Position numbers and translations under genes: made by a program. From contig JAQFVV010000002.1 of assembly GCA_028023455.1 (NCBI GenBank), forward strand, positions 26,164,001 to 26,228,000: a DNA stretch of 64,000 nt, in the 5' to 3' direction. The notes beneath the pieces were generated by a model, which searched no databases, was not told the DNA's origin, and saw only the letters and a program-made list of their open reading frames with translations. The DNA comes from Epiperipatus broadwayi (Eukaryota > Animalia > Onychophora). Shown piece by piece: positions 24,801 to 37,899 of the stretch. Numbering within the stretch: position 1 is the stretch's first letter; every line of letters starts with the position of its first letter.

Positions 24801-27300
24801 TGGCAAGCAGTGGCAAACTACACATGTTCAAATGTTATCACATTGTTTTATTACCCTATTGCCTAATTGTCTTTGGGCAGAAAACTTAGTACACGCACAC
24901 ACCAATTATTTTACTAAATTAAAAGTGTTCCATTTAACAATGATTTCATGAGATTCGTTAACTGTATTATAAAGGTTTCCTGGATATATATATATAAAAT
25001 TAATAAAACATTTAAAATTTGTCATTTAAATCTCACTGTATAGTTCAACAGAAATAAGTAGATGTCTTGCAGTTTAAGGCATCATATATTTGTAAAATAA
25101 ATCTGACCTACACTGTAATGTTCTTAAATAATCTCATTCTGAAAGTGATTTGTCACGGTTTGCACTATGGCCATCTTATTCCTATTTGTATAAAGTGATG
25201 AATAAAGAATAAAAAAATTAACAAGAATTGTAAGTCTGAATCTAATTCTCTTTTCACCCTCCCCATTGCTCCCCCCCCCCCCAATTAATAATTTCCATAC
25301 ATGAAGCTCATTTATAACATCCAGAGCATATGAAGGTTAAAAAGAGCTTTCACAACTAGATTACTCATCATCTGTATTTGATTTTAAAATAAAAAATGAG
25401 ATTATTTACATATTATGATACTTTTTTTGAGAATAATTTACCCTCCATAGAAAAAAAGAATGTTTTTAAACCAGGAGTGTTTAAATGGACAAACTGTTAA
25501 AAATAAATACATACATTAAAATAAATTTTACTTTAGATTTATATAAATAAAATGCTGAGGATGCTAAGTGCATTGTCCAAACAAACAAACAAAAAAACCC
25601 CCTATAAAATAAAAACCGCTGCTGTCATCTTTTATTTTGTACATATCCACACTTGAAAAAAAAAAGACATTTCTAATAAAATTTTAAATACAGAGAATGG
25701 TAAAAAATAAATAAAATCAATTGCTTATATGACCATCTATATTGAAGAGTTTATATTATAACTAAAAAATAAATGTGTGCATGCACATATATAAATATAT
25801 ATGCATATACACAAACACGTAAAAATTGTAATGTTAATAAAGTGGTATCATTCAAAATGCCTATTCTCAAATGATTATCCGCATTTGAACAAATAATCAT
25901 GGAAACACAACTTTCAGCAATAGTCAACTATTACTAGAAAAACAACAACACAAATGTAAATATAAGCCAACTTTATCCCTATCTTTTATACAAAAATATC
26001 TAAAAAAAAAAAAAAAAAAAAGGAACTATAGGGATACCATGATGGTCATCAAACGATAGATGTGAAATGTTTTTTTTTCTTTAAAAAAAATGAGATTACT
26101 AATAATCAATCATCAATAATTATACTCACACTTAGATGATTACATAATACTCATTCATAAATACACATACAAAAGTGATAATAAAATAAATAATATGCTG
26201 TTAACTAAAATAATTATTTTGTTCGAAAAGTAAAACTCCCTTTAATTAACAGGTATAATCGAATGATAGTATCATTAATTTTTTTTTCTTCCAATTATTA
26301 CTTTTAAAATCATGTTAAGGAGAAATTTTAAGGCGATTATTGTACAGCAGGGAGAAATCAAAACAAAATATTGGGTGTCAAATACTTTTCTCCCCAGCAA
26401 TCACCAGCTGCTGTTCAATATTTGCTTGAAGCCAGTATGGAAGCCTTGTTCCACTGAAGCTTTACAATACAATTTCCATTTACTAAAAAAAATATATATA
26501 AAAAATACAATCATGAGTATAATAAAATCAGGTTTATATATATTATGCATGTACATAAATACAAACATATAAATAACAATAATTAATAATATAAATCATT
26601 ACAGTGGAGTTGTGCTATTTGCTAAATTTTGTTCCAACTCCCTTCAAATATATTGTCTATAATAGGGGTCGTTTTATTAATAAGCTTTGATTACAATAGA
26701 ATACACATTATTTACAGAACCAAATATGTACAGTATACAAATGAAGATTTTGGTATAAACAAAATTAAAAAAATAAAAATAATAGTACGGTTGTTAATAA
26801 TAAAGGGAGAGAGCACATTTACATATACATCTGCTGTGTGTGTACTCGTATATTCCCATTTATTCAAAAATAAAAAGAATAGCATGTTAGACTTTCATAG
26901 AAATTAAATACCCTCTGAAAGATATTCTTTTTCTTTAATAATCTTTTTTTTTTCCAAGGGAAAGAAAGCAGCAGCCTCATAATTAGTATCTGATGTTTTC
27001 AATGTAAGCCGAAGAAAAGTTATGAATAAACAGGATTGCACATGATATTTTGGGATGGGAAAATGGCTGCTGCTACATTGTAAAATTTATTGTTTTTACT
27101 TGCATTTTTTTTTTTTTTTGTTTTGAATAACAAATAATTGAAGTAGTGTATATTGATGCAATATATATTGCAGCTTAACTGTATTTATTCATTCTTTTTG
27201 AACTAACCAAAAATTATAACAATGTTATTAAAAAAAAAAAGACTAATCAAAATTGTAAATCATTATGAATTTAAACTATTTACTGTATCCTATAATTATT
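21900..27300 (-). other. TE-free, low-complexity ~5 kb tract; candidate long 3' UTR
   Basis: No recognisable TE fragments, unlike both flanks. Many A-runs on + (U-rich on -). Inference only. Confidence 0.3.
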
Positions 27301-27599
27301 TTAACATCCTTCCATGCAAATATTAGCAGGGTAAGCTAATTATTATATTGCATTTTTCTAAATGCTTTGTTGTAATTTAGAATTAAGCACAAGAGAAAGT
27401 TTAACAAATATTTTATTATGTAAAGATCAATCAGATTATTTGAAATAAATACTATAAGATATTGATAGGCCAAGATTTAACAACATTTATTTTATTTTAA
27501 TGTATAATAATAATAATAAACAGCTTACTCATAAACAAATATGGCCATTCCAACTCCAAAAAGTAAGAGAGAGGGGAAAAACTATTCTAGAAATGAGTT

Positions 27600-29280
27600 T
27601 TGCAATGACCGTACAAACCAATCTGTGACCATGTATCCAATTAGAGAACATGCTGGTCCATTTTTCTGTTTACTTGATATTTTAAGATGTTTTTTAATTT
27701 CATCAGCAGAAAACTTTTCTTTTTAAAATGTGTCAACACCATGTCTAATTGTAGCTTTTCAATATATACTACTTTCTGCCATATCTTTCCAATTGAAACT
27801 TTAGAATGTTTTTGAGATAATCTTTATAATGAGGCTAGGGTCTATTTCTCCCCTGAAACCATGTCCAAAGTTCAATATAAAACCCCCTTTTAGAAAGACT
27901 AGCATTGATAATTCATTTTATATGTCCAATCCAACAAAGATGTGATTTTACAGTAGTGTACTTTATAGGATCACATCTAACAAGTTGGAATATATATTGA
28001 TTGATCTTGCCATTGTATTTTTAAAATTTATCGAGCATCCTTAGATACGAATATTTCGTCAATAGTCTGTTCAAGGTTAACTTCCGCACAATAACTCAGA
28101 TAAAATAACAGTTCTATATAACTTACTTTCTGGTATTATTTCTCTATGATGAAAAACTTCATCTTTTAACTTGTTAAAAGCAGCAGCAGCACATTGGAGT
28201 CTGAGTTTTAGTTCAACATCTACTTATAAACCTACCAAGGTATTTAAAAAGATTTAAATTCTCAAGTTGATAATCATTCAAATTATAAGTTGTTGAAGAT
28301 TTTTCTTCTATCATTGGGTGATAATGAAAGTCTTTAAGAATTACATTCAAAACCTGAATTTTAGCTCAACATCTACTTAATCCACTTAAGATTAAAAATT
28401 CCACCATCTAAACCTGTATTGCCTTTTGATCCCTGTTCATTAAGCTGCGAATAATTCCAAAAACCAGTCATAAAAATTCAAAATACTGTCGGAGCAAGTA
28501 CCAAATTTCATATCAAATGCCTCAGATTTTTAACCTGAATAATAACCCTTCTCATTCCATCATGCATATGTAATATAATTTTTTTTTTTGGTGATAACCA
28601 ATTAATTTCAAACAATGCCACTGAGCTGATCTATTAATTGAATCAAATGCAGTGACATAATCAATAAAAGCAATATATAAATTACTCCTTTATTCTTGAA
28701 ACTTTTTTTGCATTTGCCTGGCTACACAAACCATATCTGTACTTCTTAATTCTACAAAACCACACTGAGTTTCTAGTAACCATTCATCTAAGACAGGAAA
28801 CAAACTATTCAACAAAATTCTTGTAGTACCTTTGCTATAATAGATAATAATGACATTCCACAATAATTATTGCAATTTTGTCTATTCCTTCGTTTTGAAA
28901 AATTTGAAAAATAAAAGCATATTTAAGACCAGATGGTTGGCCCTACTATGTGGATCCATATATTTCTAAAAATTTAAAATATTTTTGAAGCTAATATATC
29001 ACCATCATATTTTAAAACGTCTCCAGATATTCTGCAGTCTTTCCATTTTTAAGATTACAAAAAACTGTTTTGATTTCATTAAACTCGATTTCTTTGTTCA
29101 AATCTAAATGAATAGACAAAATAGATATATCATTAAAAGATGATCAAAATATTTCTTTTATTTGTTCAAAATATCATTGTCATCATAAGCGTGCCATTGT
29201 CTGATTTAATAAGATTATGATACTCTTTCTCAAATCCATGTTGCTTTCAATACACCTGGGTCTCTTTTTATGCGGACTTA
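27600..29280 (-). mobile_element. Decayed RTE-like RT fragment
   Basis: Minus strand remnants FSKRRNRQNCNNYCGMSL (~28850-28900) and NVLLLLLTS/AAAAFNKLK-type segment (~28170-28195). Confidence 0.6.
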
Positions 29281-29312
29281 TTTAACATGATTTTGAAGTT
29301 ATGCGATTCATG

Positions 29313-29463
29313 TTTCACCGAAAGTAGAACTCCGATAATGCGCTATTACTTTAAATAATAAATTTCGCACACTTACATTATATTGAAAGTAATAGCACAT
29401 TATTGGAATTCGACTTTCATCTTAGTAATTTCAATATTTTCAGTGCTTTATAATAGTAAGATT
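29313..29463. mobile_element. Fold-back insertion, family H, second copy
   Basis: Shares GAACTCCGATAATGCGCTATTACTTTAAATA with 7247-7272 but folds back at a different point. Degenerate TSD TTATGC(G/A)AT.ATG at 29299-29312 and 29464-29476. Confidence 0.65.
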
Positions 29464-30129
29464 TTATGCAATAATGAAATTAAAATCATGATTTTCACAT
29501 TTTATGTATACACACATTAAATTTTACAAGATTATAATGTAAATTTGTCACAACATTGTGCGTGTTAATTTTGCATTTTAAATCACATTCTGTTTTTGCT
29601 TTTTAAAAAAGAACATAATCAGTTATTAATCATTTAGTGTCTACAAGTTTATTTTTAAAAGGTGAGTAATAGCAGTGGGCACAATTAAATTTGACAATTA
29701 AAAATTAAAATCTGATTTTTAATTGTAATTAACAATTTAAAAATTACTTACGGCGACTTGAAATTAATGTGATGCGAAATTTGATTTTTAAACGGAATTG
29801 AAAATTAAAAAATTAAAGACAAAAATAAGAATTTTTAGTTGTTAGTTTCATAAACAATTAATAAAATCATCGTCTCAAAGATTAATTACTAATTACGTTG
29901 TCACCAGAAAACCATTGACCAGTTTGCAAACAAATGTGTTTTTCGGCAAATAGCGATAATAATTAAAACGTGTATAAAAAAATGTAAATTACTGTACTGT
30001 AAATTATGCATAAAAATATATTATTTTGAATGAAATTAAATATTATAGTTAAAAAAAGTTTGTCTTGTATCAATTTTTTTCAAATTTGAAATTTTTTATT
30101 AGTCATATTTTATTTCCTTATTTTTTTTT

Positions 30130-30304
30130 TTTGCGCGAATTTTAAAGTAATTTTACGTTGGTGCTTTGCTTTTACGCGAATTTTGAAAAATCACAGACCG
30201 CATTTCCCCCTTTTCAATGTAAGTTACGTCTATTTTTGCACGATTTCGTTTGCGCGTGTTTTCTGAGGAATCTATCTATCGTGTAAAACGAGACCCAGGT
30301 GTAT
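30130..30304 (-). mobile_element. CpG-rich terminus resembling a pogo/Tigger-type DNA transposon end
   Basis: Reverse strand begins TA-CACCTGGGTCTCGTTTTACACG. Repeated (T)TGCGCG/TACGCGAATT motifs. Partner TIR not found. Confidence 0.3.
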
Positions 30305-30999
30305 ATCAAAAAAGATTAGAATGACCGCAGTCAATGAATGTCTATATCTTCTTTGCAGTTCTAATCTAACAATTTATTTTTTAAGCCTTCTTATCAGTTG
30401 TTGAATGTCTGCCTTCAAATCTTTATATTTATTACTAGGTTCTACATTTAACCTATTATTCTACCAAGCATAAAATACTACATTTCCTTTTAATAAAACT
30501 ACTACTAATAAAGATCATTTCCAGAAAACAAGTTATGATTCTTCTTTTTAAAGAACCAAGTATCCATAACATATTCCTTAAAAAAATTCCACGCCTCAAT
30601 AATATAGCAGTCCTGAAGATCCAAATTAGCAATTTTAGTATTTAATAATTGATGAAATTTAGAACATATAGTAGATTCTTCTAAAAAATGAACATCAATT
30701 TTCTAATGATTTTTTAATGCAATTATCGCTTTAATCTTGGAACAATCTGTACTTTTAAGTGCTCATGTAATGTGAACTTCTCTTGAATTCTGATTCCTAA
30801 CTGTAATCTATTTAATGTCTTGAGTGTGAATGCATCCATGTTTTTTTATAGCCCCCCCCCCCAAAAAAAAAAAAAACAACTAAGTGTTTGTGATGGTCAA
30901 TCCATGTGTTGTGCATAAATTCAACTAAAATATATCATTTGAGTTTACCGCACCAATTCCATTATTTCTAGTAACTTTTCACCAGTCTTTTGTATCAAC

Positions 31000-32400
31000 A
31001 CTTGTATTAAAGTCTCAATAAGAAAACACTCGAACAGTATTTTTTATTATTAAATAATTCATGTTTTCCCAAATTTTAATGCATAGATAATAAATCTATT
31101 TATAGATTCAAAAAAAGTTTGATCTTTTTTTCTAGGAATATAAAATGTATTAATTATTCTTGTATAAAAATAATTAAAAGATTAAATTATTTATGGAACA
31201 GGAGTAAATCCTTGTAAGAATGTAAAAATATGATATAGTACAAAGAAATCTAAAAATATTTTGTGAAATAAAATATTAATAAACGGATCAAAAATTTGTA
31301 AAAGATAATCTAGTTGATTTGTTGGTTGTAAAATTGCAGAAATTAAAATCACAGCTGCGATGAGAGTAGTCAGTAATTGTAGAAGGCTGACGATTTTATA
31401 TAATTAGTAGAATAAAACCACCTTTGAATCAATAGCTTCCCTGCCTCCTAAGTTATCAAACTGCCATAAACGTTACTGTGTGCTGCATGCACATAGCTAC
31501 AAAAAGCTGTCTCAACCCGCCAATACTTTCCAAAGATGTTAATTAAAAAATTTATCAGGCCATAAGTGAACAACTACATATTGAAGCTAATCGTGGAAAT
31601 CAATCTTACATCAGTCGTTTTGATAATTGTCAATATTTCTGCTGAAATCCATATTAAATTTATCACTACACTGAGAAAGAAAATATTACTTTAAACATAT
31701 AAGCAAGTCAAGAGAAATCTTAAAACCACAAAAACTTGAAGTTGATATTTATAGTTTTTACAATAAATTTACCATTAATATAATTAAGATTGTTTTAATG
31801 TATATCCTGCAAGTATTACATTTTAATATGCTATGATTTATTCTTTATTTGAAACTAGCTATTTCAATAATTTAAAGAATTCTGAAATTTTCCAACTACT
31901 TTTAATCTAATCTTAGTAGATTATTCATTTATATATATATAATATTGATTTATCACATTACTTATACTCCTATATTTATCCAAAATATCATTATGCTACT
32001 AGAAGTAATTAATGTTTTCAAATGTTTTGGTTACAGATTAATAATATTTGAAAGACAGGCCTGCATTTATAACAAATTCAGAGGATTTAATTACTAATTC
32101 TATAATACATAATTTCATATTTATCATAAAAATGATGTACTATTATAATTGTATTATTTCATCCATTAAATGTAGTTCGATTAACTTTCAGGTTCTCTTT
32201 TTTCTTACTTGGCACTTTTTAATTATTTATTATGTTACTATGATTGTTTCTCGTAAGTCTTGACTGGAGTGCAAATGGAAGGGCTTTTATGGAAGAAAAA
32301 TGGTGCCCAAAATAAATATTCTTTTTTTCTAAATATGGATTATTAATAAAATTGAATTATATAACTAGCGATCACATACATGGTATTCAAAATGTTTAGA
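31000..32400. repeat. Unclassified dispersed repeat, copy 1
   Basis: Collinear similarity to 41450-43400, e.g. 31830 TTTATTCTTTATTTGAAACTAGCTA vs 42877 TTTATTCTTTATTTGAAGCTAGCTA. Confidence 0.55.
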
Positions 32401-32792
32401 GATAATCATTTGGTTATTCGCTATATATCCACATAAACACTTACATACTCAAGCAATTCTGTTATATATGGCAACCAATGTGTGGAGCCTAATGATCAAA
32501 GATAACTGCAATGAGTTATAAGTGATTACAGTTAACAGTAATATTGAAAGTTGGAGCAATTAGAGCAATTAGAGGAAAAATGAAGAGTAAATTCAACTAA
32601 TAACTATAGATGAAAACTAAACAAAAAAGTGATAACATGATATATATATATGAAAAACAAAAAAAAAAACAAGTTAAAAACTTGCTAACACTTGTATTTA
32701 TGTCAACAGATGGCGTTCTACCAAAAACACCGTCAAGCGTATGTTTACATAAACGTCAGAGCATGCATTCACTATCTCTAACTTTAATTCCA

Positions 32793-32836
32793 CTTTCAGA
32801 TCATGATTTCAAGCTATTTGCTATCATCAGTGAAAG
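32793..32836 (-). ncRNA. Minimal type I hammerhead ribozyme (family C left arm)
   Basis: ctttca-CTGATGA-t-agc-aaata-gct-t-GAAA-tcatga-T-C-tgaaag. Confidence 0.85.
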
Positions 32837-33179
32837 ACAGGAATTTTAGAAACTAGATCTAAACACAAACTCTGAGCGTTTATGAAACAGTTTCTATTCA
32901 GCTTGCAAGCGTGAATCTTTTAGACACGTAATGTCTTCAAACTCAGCATAGCAAGCCAGACAGCTATATGGGTCTGATCTCTGTTCAGCATCACCACATA
33001 GTAGAAGCCTGCTACTATGTGGTGATGCTGAACAGAGATCAGACCCATATAGCTATCTGGCTTGCTATGCTGAGTTTGAAGACATTACGTGTCTAAAAGA
33101 TTCACGCTTGCAAGCTGAATAGAAACTATTTCATAAACGCTCAGAGTTTGTGTTTAGATCTAGTTTCTAAAATTCCTGT

Positions 33180-33223
33180 CTTTCACTGATGATAGCAAAC
33201 AGCTTGAAATCATGATCTGAAAG
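33180..33223 (+). ncRNA. Minimal type I hammerhead ribozyme (family C right arm)
   Basis: ctttca-CTGATGA-t-agc-aaaca-gct-t-GAAA-tcatga-T-C-tgaaag. 6-bp stem I, palindromic stem III ATCATGAT, AUC triplet. Confidence 0.85.
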
Positions 33224-33449
33224 TGGAATTAAAGTTAGAGATAGTGAAAGCATGCTCTGACGTTTATGTAAACATACGCTTGACGGTGTTTTTGGTAGAA
33301 CGCCATCTGTTGACATATATATATATGGCAGATTCAAACAATGTAATGATCCAACAACAATTGAAATTGATACAATAATCAACCAAAATTGATCTCATAA
33401 GAATGATTTAACAACGATCCAATAAAACTAGAATAAAAGTATCATTATT

Positions 33450-35420
33450 AGCAATCTTTACCATTACATTACAGAAACTCTCAGATTGTCATTAAATCTT
33501 TACCATCTTCAAATGAGAACGTTAGGTATTTGAATCAGTTTTTCCAATCGCTAACTTCACAATACATCAACAAACTTCCATATTTCATTCATTCACCTTG
33601 TATATGGTTTCTTTTTAAGACTTTTAAAATCTCTTGGAATCTAATTGAAAACTTTAAATGTCCATTCTATTATTATCTCTTCTAGCAATATGTGCAGTCC
33701 AGCCTCATTTTAGTTTCTTAATTCTTTCAATGATATATTTTGTTTTCAATCTTTTATTGTTACTATTAACATACATCTCTCCATACTTTATAAGTGGGAT
33801 GAAATCTCTACATTGCTCTTCTGTTAAATGTTCAAGTCTCAAATCTATCAGTAAGAACTGGTAAAACACATCTATAAAAAATCTTTTTTTCCCGAAACAT
33901 GTAGGCATATTTTCTTTTAATATTGTTATTTCTATCAAAAACACTCCAACCAAGTTTAATTCTATGATTAATTTAATCTATTATGTTAATAATCTGACCA
34001 AGTATTTGCAGTTGTTAACTTCTTTCTAATTCATGATTATCAATTTTTATTTTCTTCTGAGAAATCCAATGAATACTATTTTAGTTCTTTTTAGCATTCA
34101 TTAGTATTACTTTTTTATTTTCATGTGATAACTCCTGCAACATTTCCTGACGCTTTGAAGCATTATTTGCAAAAACAATCACGTTATCTGCAAAGTCTAT
34201 ATGACTTAAATAATTTCCATTTGCTTTTATTTCCCTTAGTTTACCATTTTCATCCACAAAATACTTTTTGTAAAAGTGCTATAAAAAGTTTTGGTGATAT
34301 GGAATCATTCTGTTGTACACTCTTCTCAATGTTAATCTTCTTAATATTACTATGTAATGTATTCTGATAAATATTCTTCAGAAGATGAGAATATTCTGGT
34401 CTATATCTTGATGATCTAAGGCTTTAATTATTGCTTTTTGATAATTTACAGAATCCAAAGTACAATGGCAATTTATATTCATCGGTTCTTTCTATAACTT
34501 CTCTCATTGCTTAGATATAATTCATTATACTAAAACCACTTTTAAATTCAATTTGTTCCTTTGATTGGTTAAAATTCAGTTTGCTGTAGATAAAGATTTT
34601 GTATAGAACTAATAAAGGACTGAGAAGATTGTAACATCTAATAAATGTCATTATTATTATTGCATTTTTCCAATCAACTGATAAACATTTTTATCATTTA
34701 GACATTTGATATATTATAACTTTGTCAACAATTTTTCTATTTCTTCACATACTTTTAAGATATCAATTAAAATTCCATCATTTCCTGGAACTTTTTCCTT
34801 CTTCACTTATTTAATGGCATGACTTATTTCACTTAAATTGTGGGCAATTCAGAAGATACCAATAACGGTAAGGGATAATTTCCTTTCTTGTTCTTTATTA
34901 TTACATAATTCTTTTTAAAAATCTTTCACATATTTCACAAAGTTATTTCTGTTTAGTAGTAGTTTCATCTTTTCTTCTTATTGCAGAAATAACTTTCCGA
35001 TGTTATTTTATACTTTTGACTTTTATTCTCTTCTATAGTCAATTCACAACTATATTTTCTTATATGATTATTAACTCTTTTTCATATTATATTATGAAAT
35101 TCTAGATATTCAATTCTTTTTAATGAATCATTAAAAAAATTTCATATTTCTTCTTTTCTCCATACAATTTTTGGTCTCAGTAGAAAATTTTCTGGAAATT
35201 GCAGCCTTTTTTAAATTTTTATAACAGCTACCTTTCTTGCAGCTCTTAATAGCATATCAGTTATCTTCTTATTGATATCATTCAAGTCTGAACCATTTTT
35301 AAAATCTGTTAATAATTTAAAATAATTTCAAGTTCTAATTTAAAACATTGGAGTTTTCTGAAGTTTGGGGAAATACTGTAGATAAATTTGGTTATGTTGA
35401 TAGAAATGAGAGAATACAGA
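33450..35420 (-). mobile_element. Decayed RTE-clade LINE
   Basis: RT-region remnants homologous to 1-2000 and 38300-39900 (e.g. 34180 TTTGCAAAAACAATCACGTTATCTGCAAA, the reverse of a FADD-type motif). Confidence 0.75.
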
Positions 35421-36919
35421 CTTGTGGAATTTACAGGAAAAAAAAACAACAACTACATATTGTGAATTCTTTCTTTGAGAAAAATATTAAATGAAAATGG
35501 ACATAAAAGCAGCCAAATTAAGATACAACAGAATTGAATTATATTCTAATGTACACAAAATATGTATTTCAAGATTGCAACATTCTTAATCTATAGATTC
35601 AACATAGAAAGTGATAATCAATTAGCGAGATGTAAAATACATGTTAATGTGATGTTAGAAATTATTAAGAAAGATATAGATCCAGCTATAATAATGATAT
35701 GAGATTATTGATTTAAAATTTAATATTCAGATATACAATTAATAAAAGAGAGAGGGGGAAAAAAAGAGACCTTACTGAATACTGAAATTCTTATAAAAAA
35801 CAATGAGTACAAGTGTAGAGCAATGGTTTAAAGATTATAATGTTTTGATGAAAGAGACTAGAGAAAATGTAAATTTAATTAAAGAGTCTAATGTGGATGA
35901 AATAGAAAAGGCTCAAGTAAAGAAGATGACGAGTGATTTAAAAATTGATCTGGTCACGATTCTCTTCTTAGATAAAAAATAATGCATTTATTTTAAATAA
36001 AAACAAATAATAGTATAGATGGGTGCATTATCTAGGAATGTATCAATGATACATCCATTAATAGTAGTAATAATAAAATTGATGCAGAATGAACTGATAA
36101 CTATAAAATTGATGTTGAATATAATAATGACACAGGCATCAATGTTAATGCTAGAACTGAAGCTAGGCATTTATCTTACTTATTAGTAAAAATAATGAGA
36201 AAGAAAACAAAATAAAAAAAATTATGGCAAAAAAAGACGAGATAACCAAACAATATTAGAATGAATGGTGAAAATAAATAAATAATCAAGCAATGGTAAA
36301 TTAAAGAAAAATTGTTCAAAAATGAAAAGCTCCAACAAAATAATGAGGAATGTAAAAATAATAATAATAAAAAAGGGAAATAAAAAAAATCGTGGAAGAT
36401 TATGAAAGTAATGTGTAAAAGAGATATGAATTGGCAATTCATAAACAGACTAAACTTGATATAGAAATCACAAAGAAGTCTGTCTACCTTGCAACAATAA
36501 TGAGAGTTACATGATTTATGGAGGGATGAAGCTGCTAATTTAGTAGCTAATCATATGAAAAAATCCAGAATTAAAGCCCAAATCCAAATCATGATGATGC
36601 TGTAAACAATAAATTAGCTTCAAAATTTATAGCAATCATACATAAATTTAAGTGTATAAAACAATGAAGTTTGACCAGACGTGCTCTAATTAAAATTGAA
36701 AGAAAATCCATAACTTATGTATAAGCTTTATTACTGAAAAAGAAATTATTTGGCCTGATCATGAACTAAGATAACAACTGAGTTTGAAATATTTTTAGTT
36801 ATGGACATACATTGCCTGCATTTAATTAAAATATATGTTCAAGATAATAAGTATTCATTATAAAGCTATATATATAATACAAATAAAATGTCTGCTAATT
36901 AAAAACTATTGTAATAACA

Positions 36920-37322
36920 ATAAAAATAATAAATATAACAGTAATTAACTATTATATACAGTCTTTCAATCTGCAGAAGTATTTTAGGTTAATTCCTTAA
37001 CCTTCTCTAACTGCCGTTAAATTTTTTTTTAAAAAAAAAACATAACAAAAGCAACATCATCAACTCAAATCCCATGAATCTCAAATTTTAACGTTATCAG
37101 CTTGTCTATTAATTATAATTAACTGACAAGCAGCTAACGTTAGACAAGCTGTTAACATTAAAATTCAGAATTTATGGGATTTGAGTTGATGAAGTTTGTT
37201 TCCGTTATATATTTTTTTTAATTTAACAGCAGTTGAGGAGGGTTGAGGGATTAACTTAAAGTACTTCTGCAGATTGAAAGATTGTATGTAACAGTTAATT
37301 ACCATTATATTTATTATTTTAT
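36920..37322. repeat. Fold-back, family F (diverged arms, no ribozyme or TSD recognised)
   Basis: Arms ~36920-37108 and ~37141-37322. Centre contains the palindrome TTAATTATAATTAA and an 18-nt tandem duplication. Confidence 0.75.
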
Positions 37323-37899
37323 ATGTGAGATGGATGGATGAAATAAGAAAGTGTGCAGGGATGCTGTGGAGAAGAGAGGCTAGAGATCAGAGATGGATTG
37401 AACTTGGATAGATCTTAATTCTGCAGTGGATTGATAATGACATAGAAACACACACACCTACTTTTTTAACACTTATATAGATAATAAATTTTACGATTAT
37501 GAAAATCATTCATAATTATATATCCAAAAATATGTAATTATATGATAAATAAAATAAAATTTTTTTTAATAAACCAAATTATTAAATCTACGTGGAAATT
37601 TTATTATTATCAAAGCCAGAAATGATTGTGATTTTCTTGAGGATCCATTGTTAAGAAGGTTAAATAGTTCTCTGATAGACTTTGAAGGCATTTGATCATG
37701 AAAGTTATATTAACTCGAGGGTTCAAACTCATCACCCATAGTGTGATATTTCTCTTTTACTAAATTTAGAGAATATGTGCAATATCAATAAATTATATTT
37801 TAACAAATGTTTAATTCCTGGTTATCATATGTTATTATTCACACATAAATTCTAGTTCTTATATATTTATATTTAACCAGATTTTTTTTGATTTCTTAT

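Larger units (their letters stand above)
32653..33314. mobile_element. Fold-back insertion, family C, with two intact minimal hammerheads
   Basis: ~300-bp nearly identical arms (32702-33004 and 33012-33314) with a ~7-nt loop. TSD ATATATATATATG at 32640-32652 and 33315-33327 (low complexity). ~49-nt left tail. Confidence 0.9.

Noticed and set aside
27061-27090. Minus-strand ...ACAATGTAG resembling the UBE2D end (GCAATGTAG) as an alternative last coding exon
   Set aside because: Upstream codons do not encode the REWTxKYA motif. The match is only 8 nt.
29690-30300. CpG-rich stretch as a host gene promoter
   Set aside because: No adjacent first exon or ORF. The right end looks more like a DNA transposon terminus.
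32610-33382. ORFs 32610-32849 (+) and 33167-33382 (-) with near-identical C-termini
   Set aside because: They are mirror translations of the two arms of the family C palindrome, not duplicated genes.
35988-36442. Hydrophobic ORFs on the minus strand suggesting membrane proteins
   Set aside because: They are antisense translations of A-rich low-complexity sequence, as are most short F/L/I-rich ORFs in the track.
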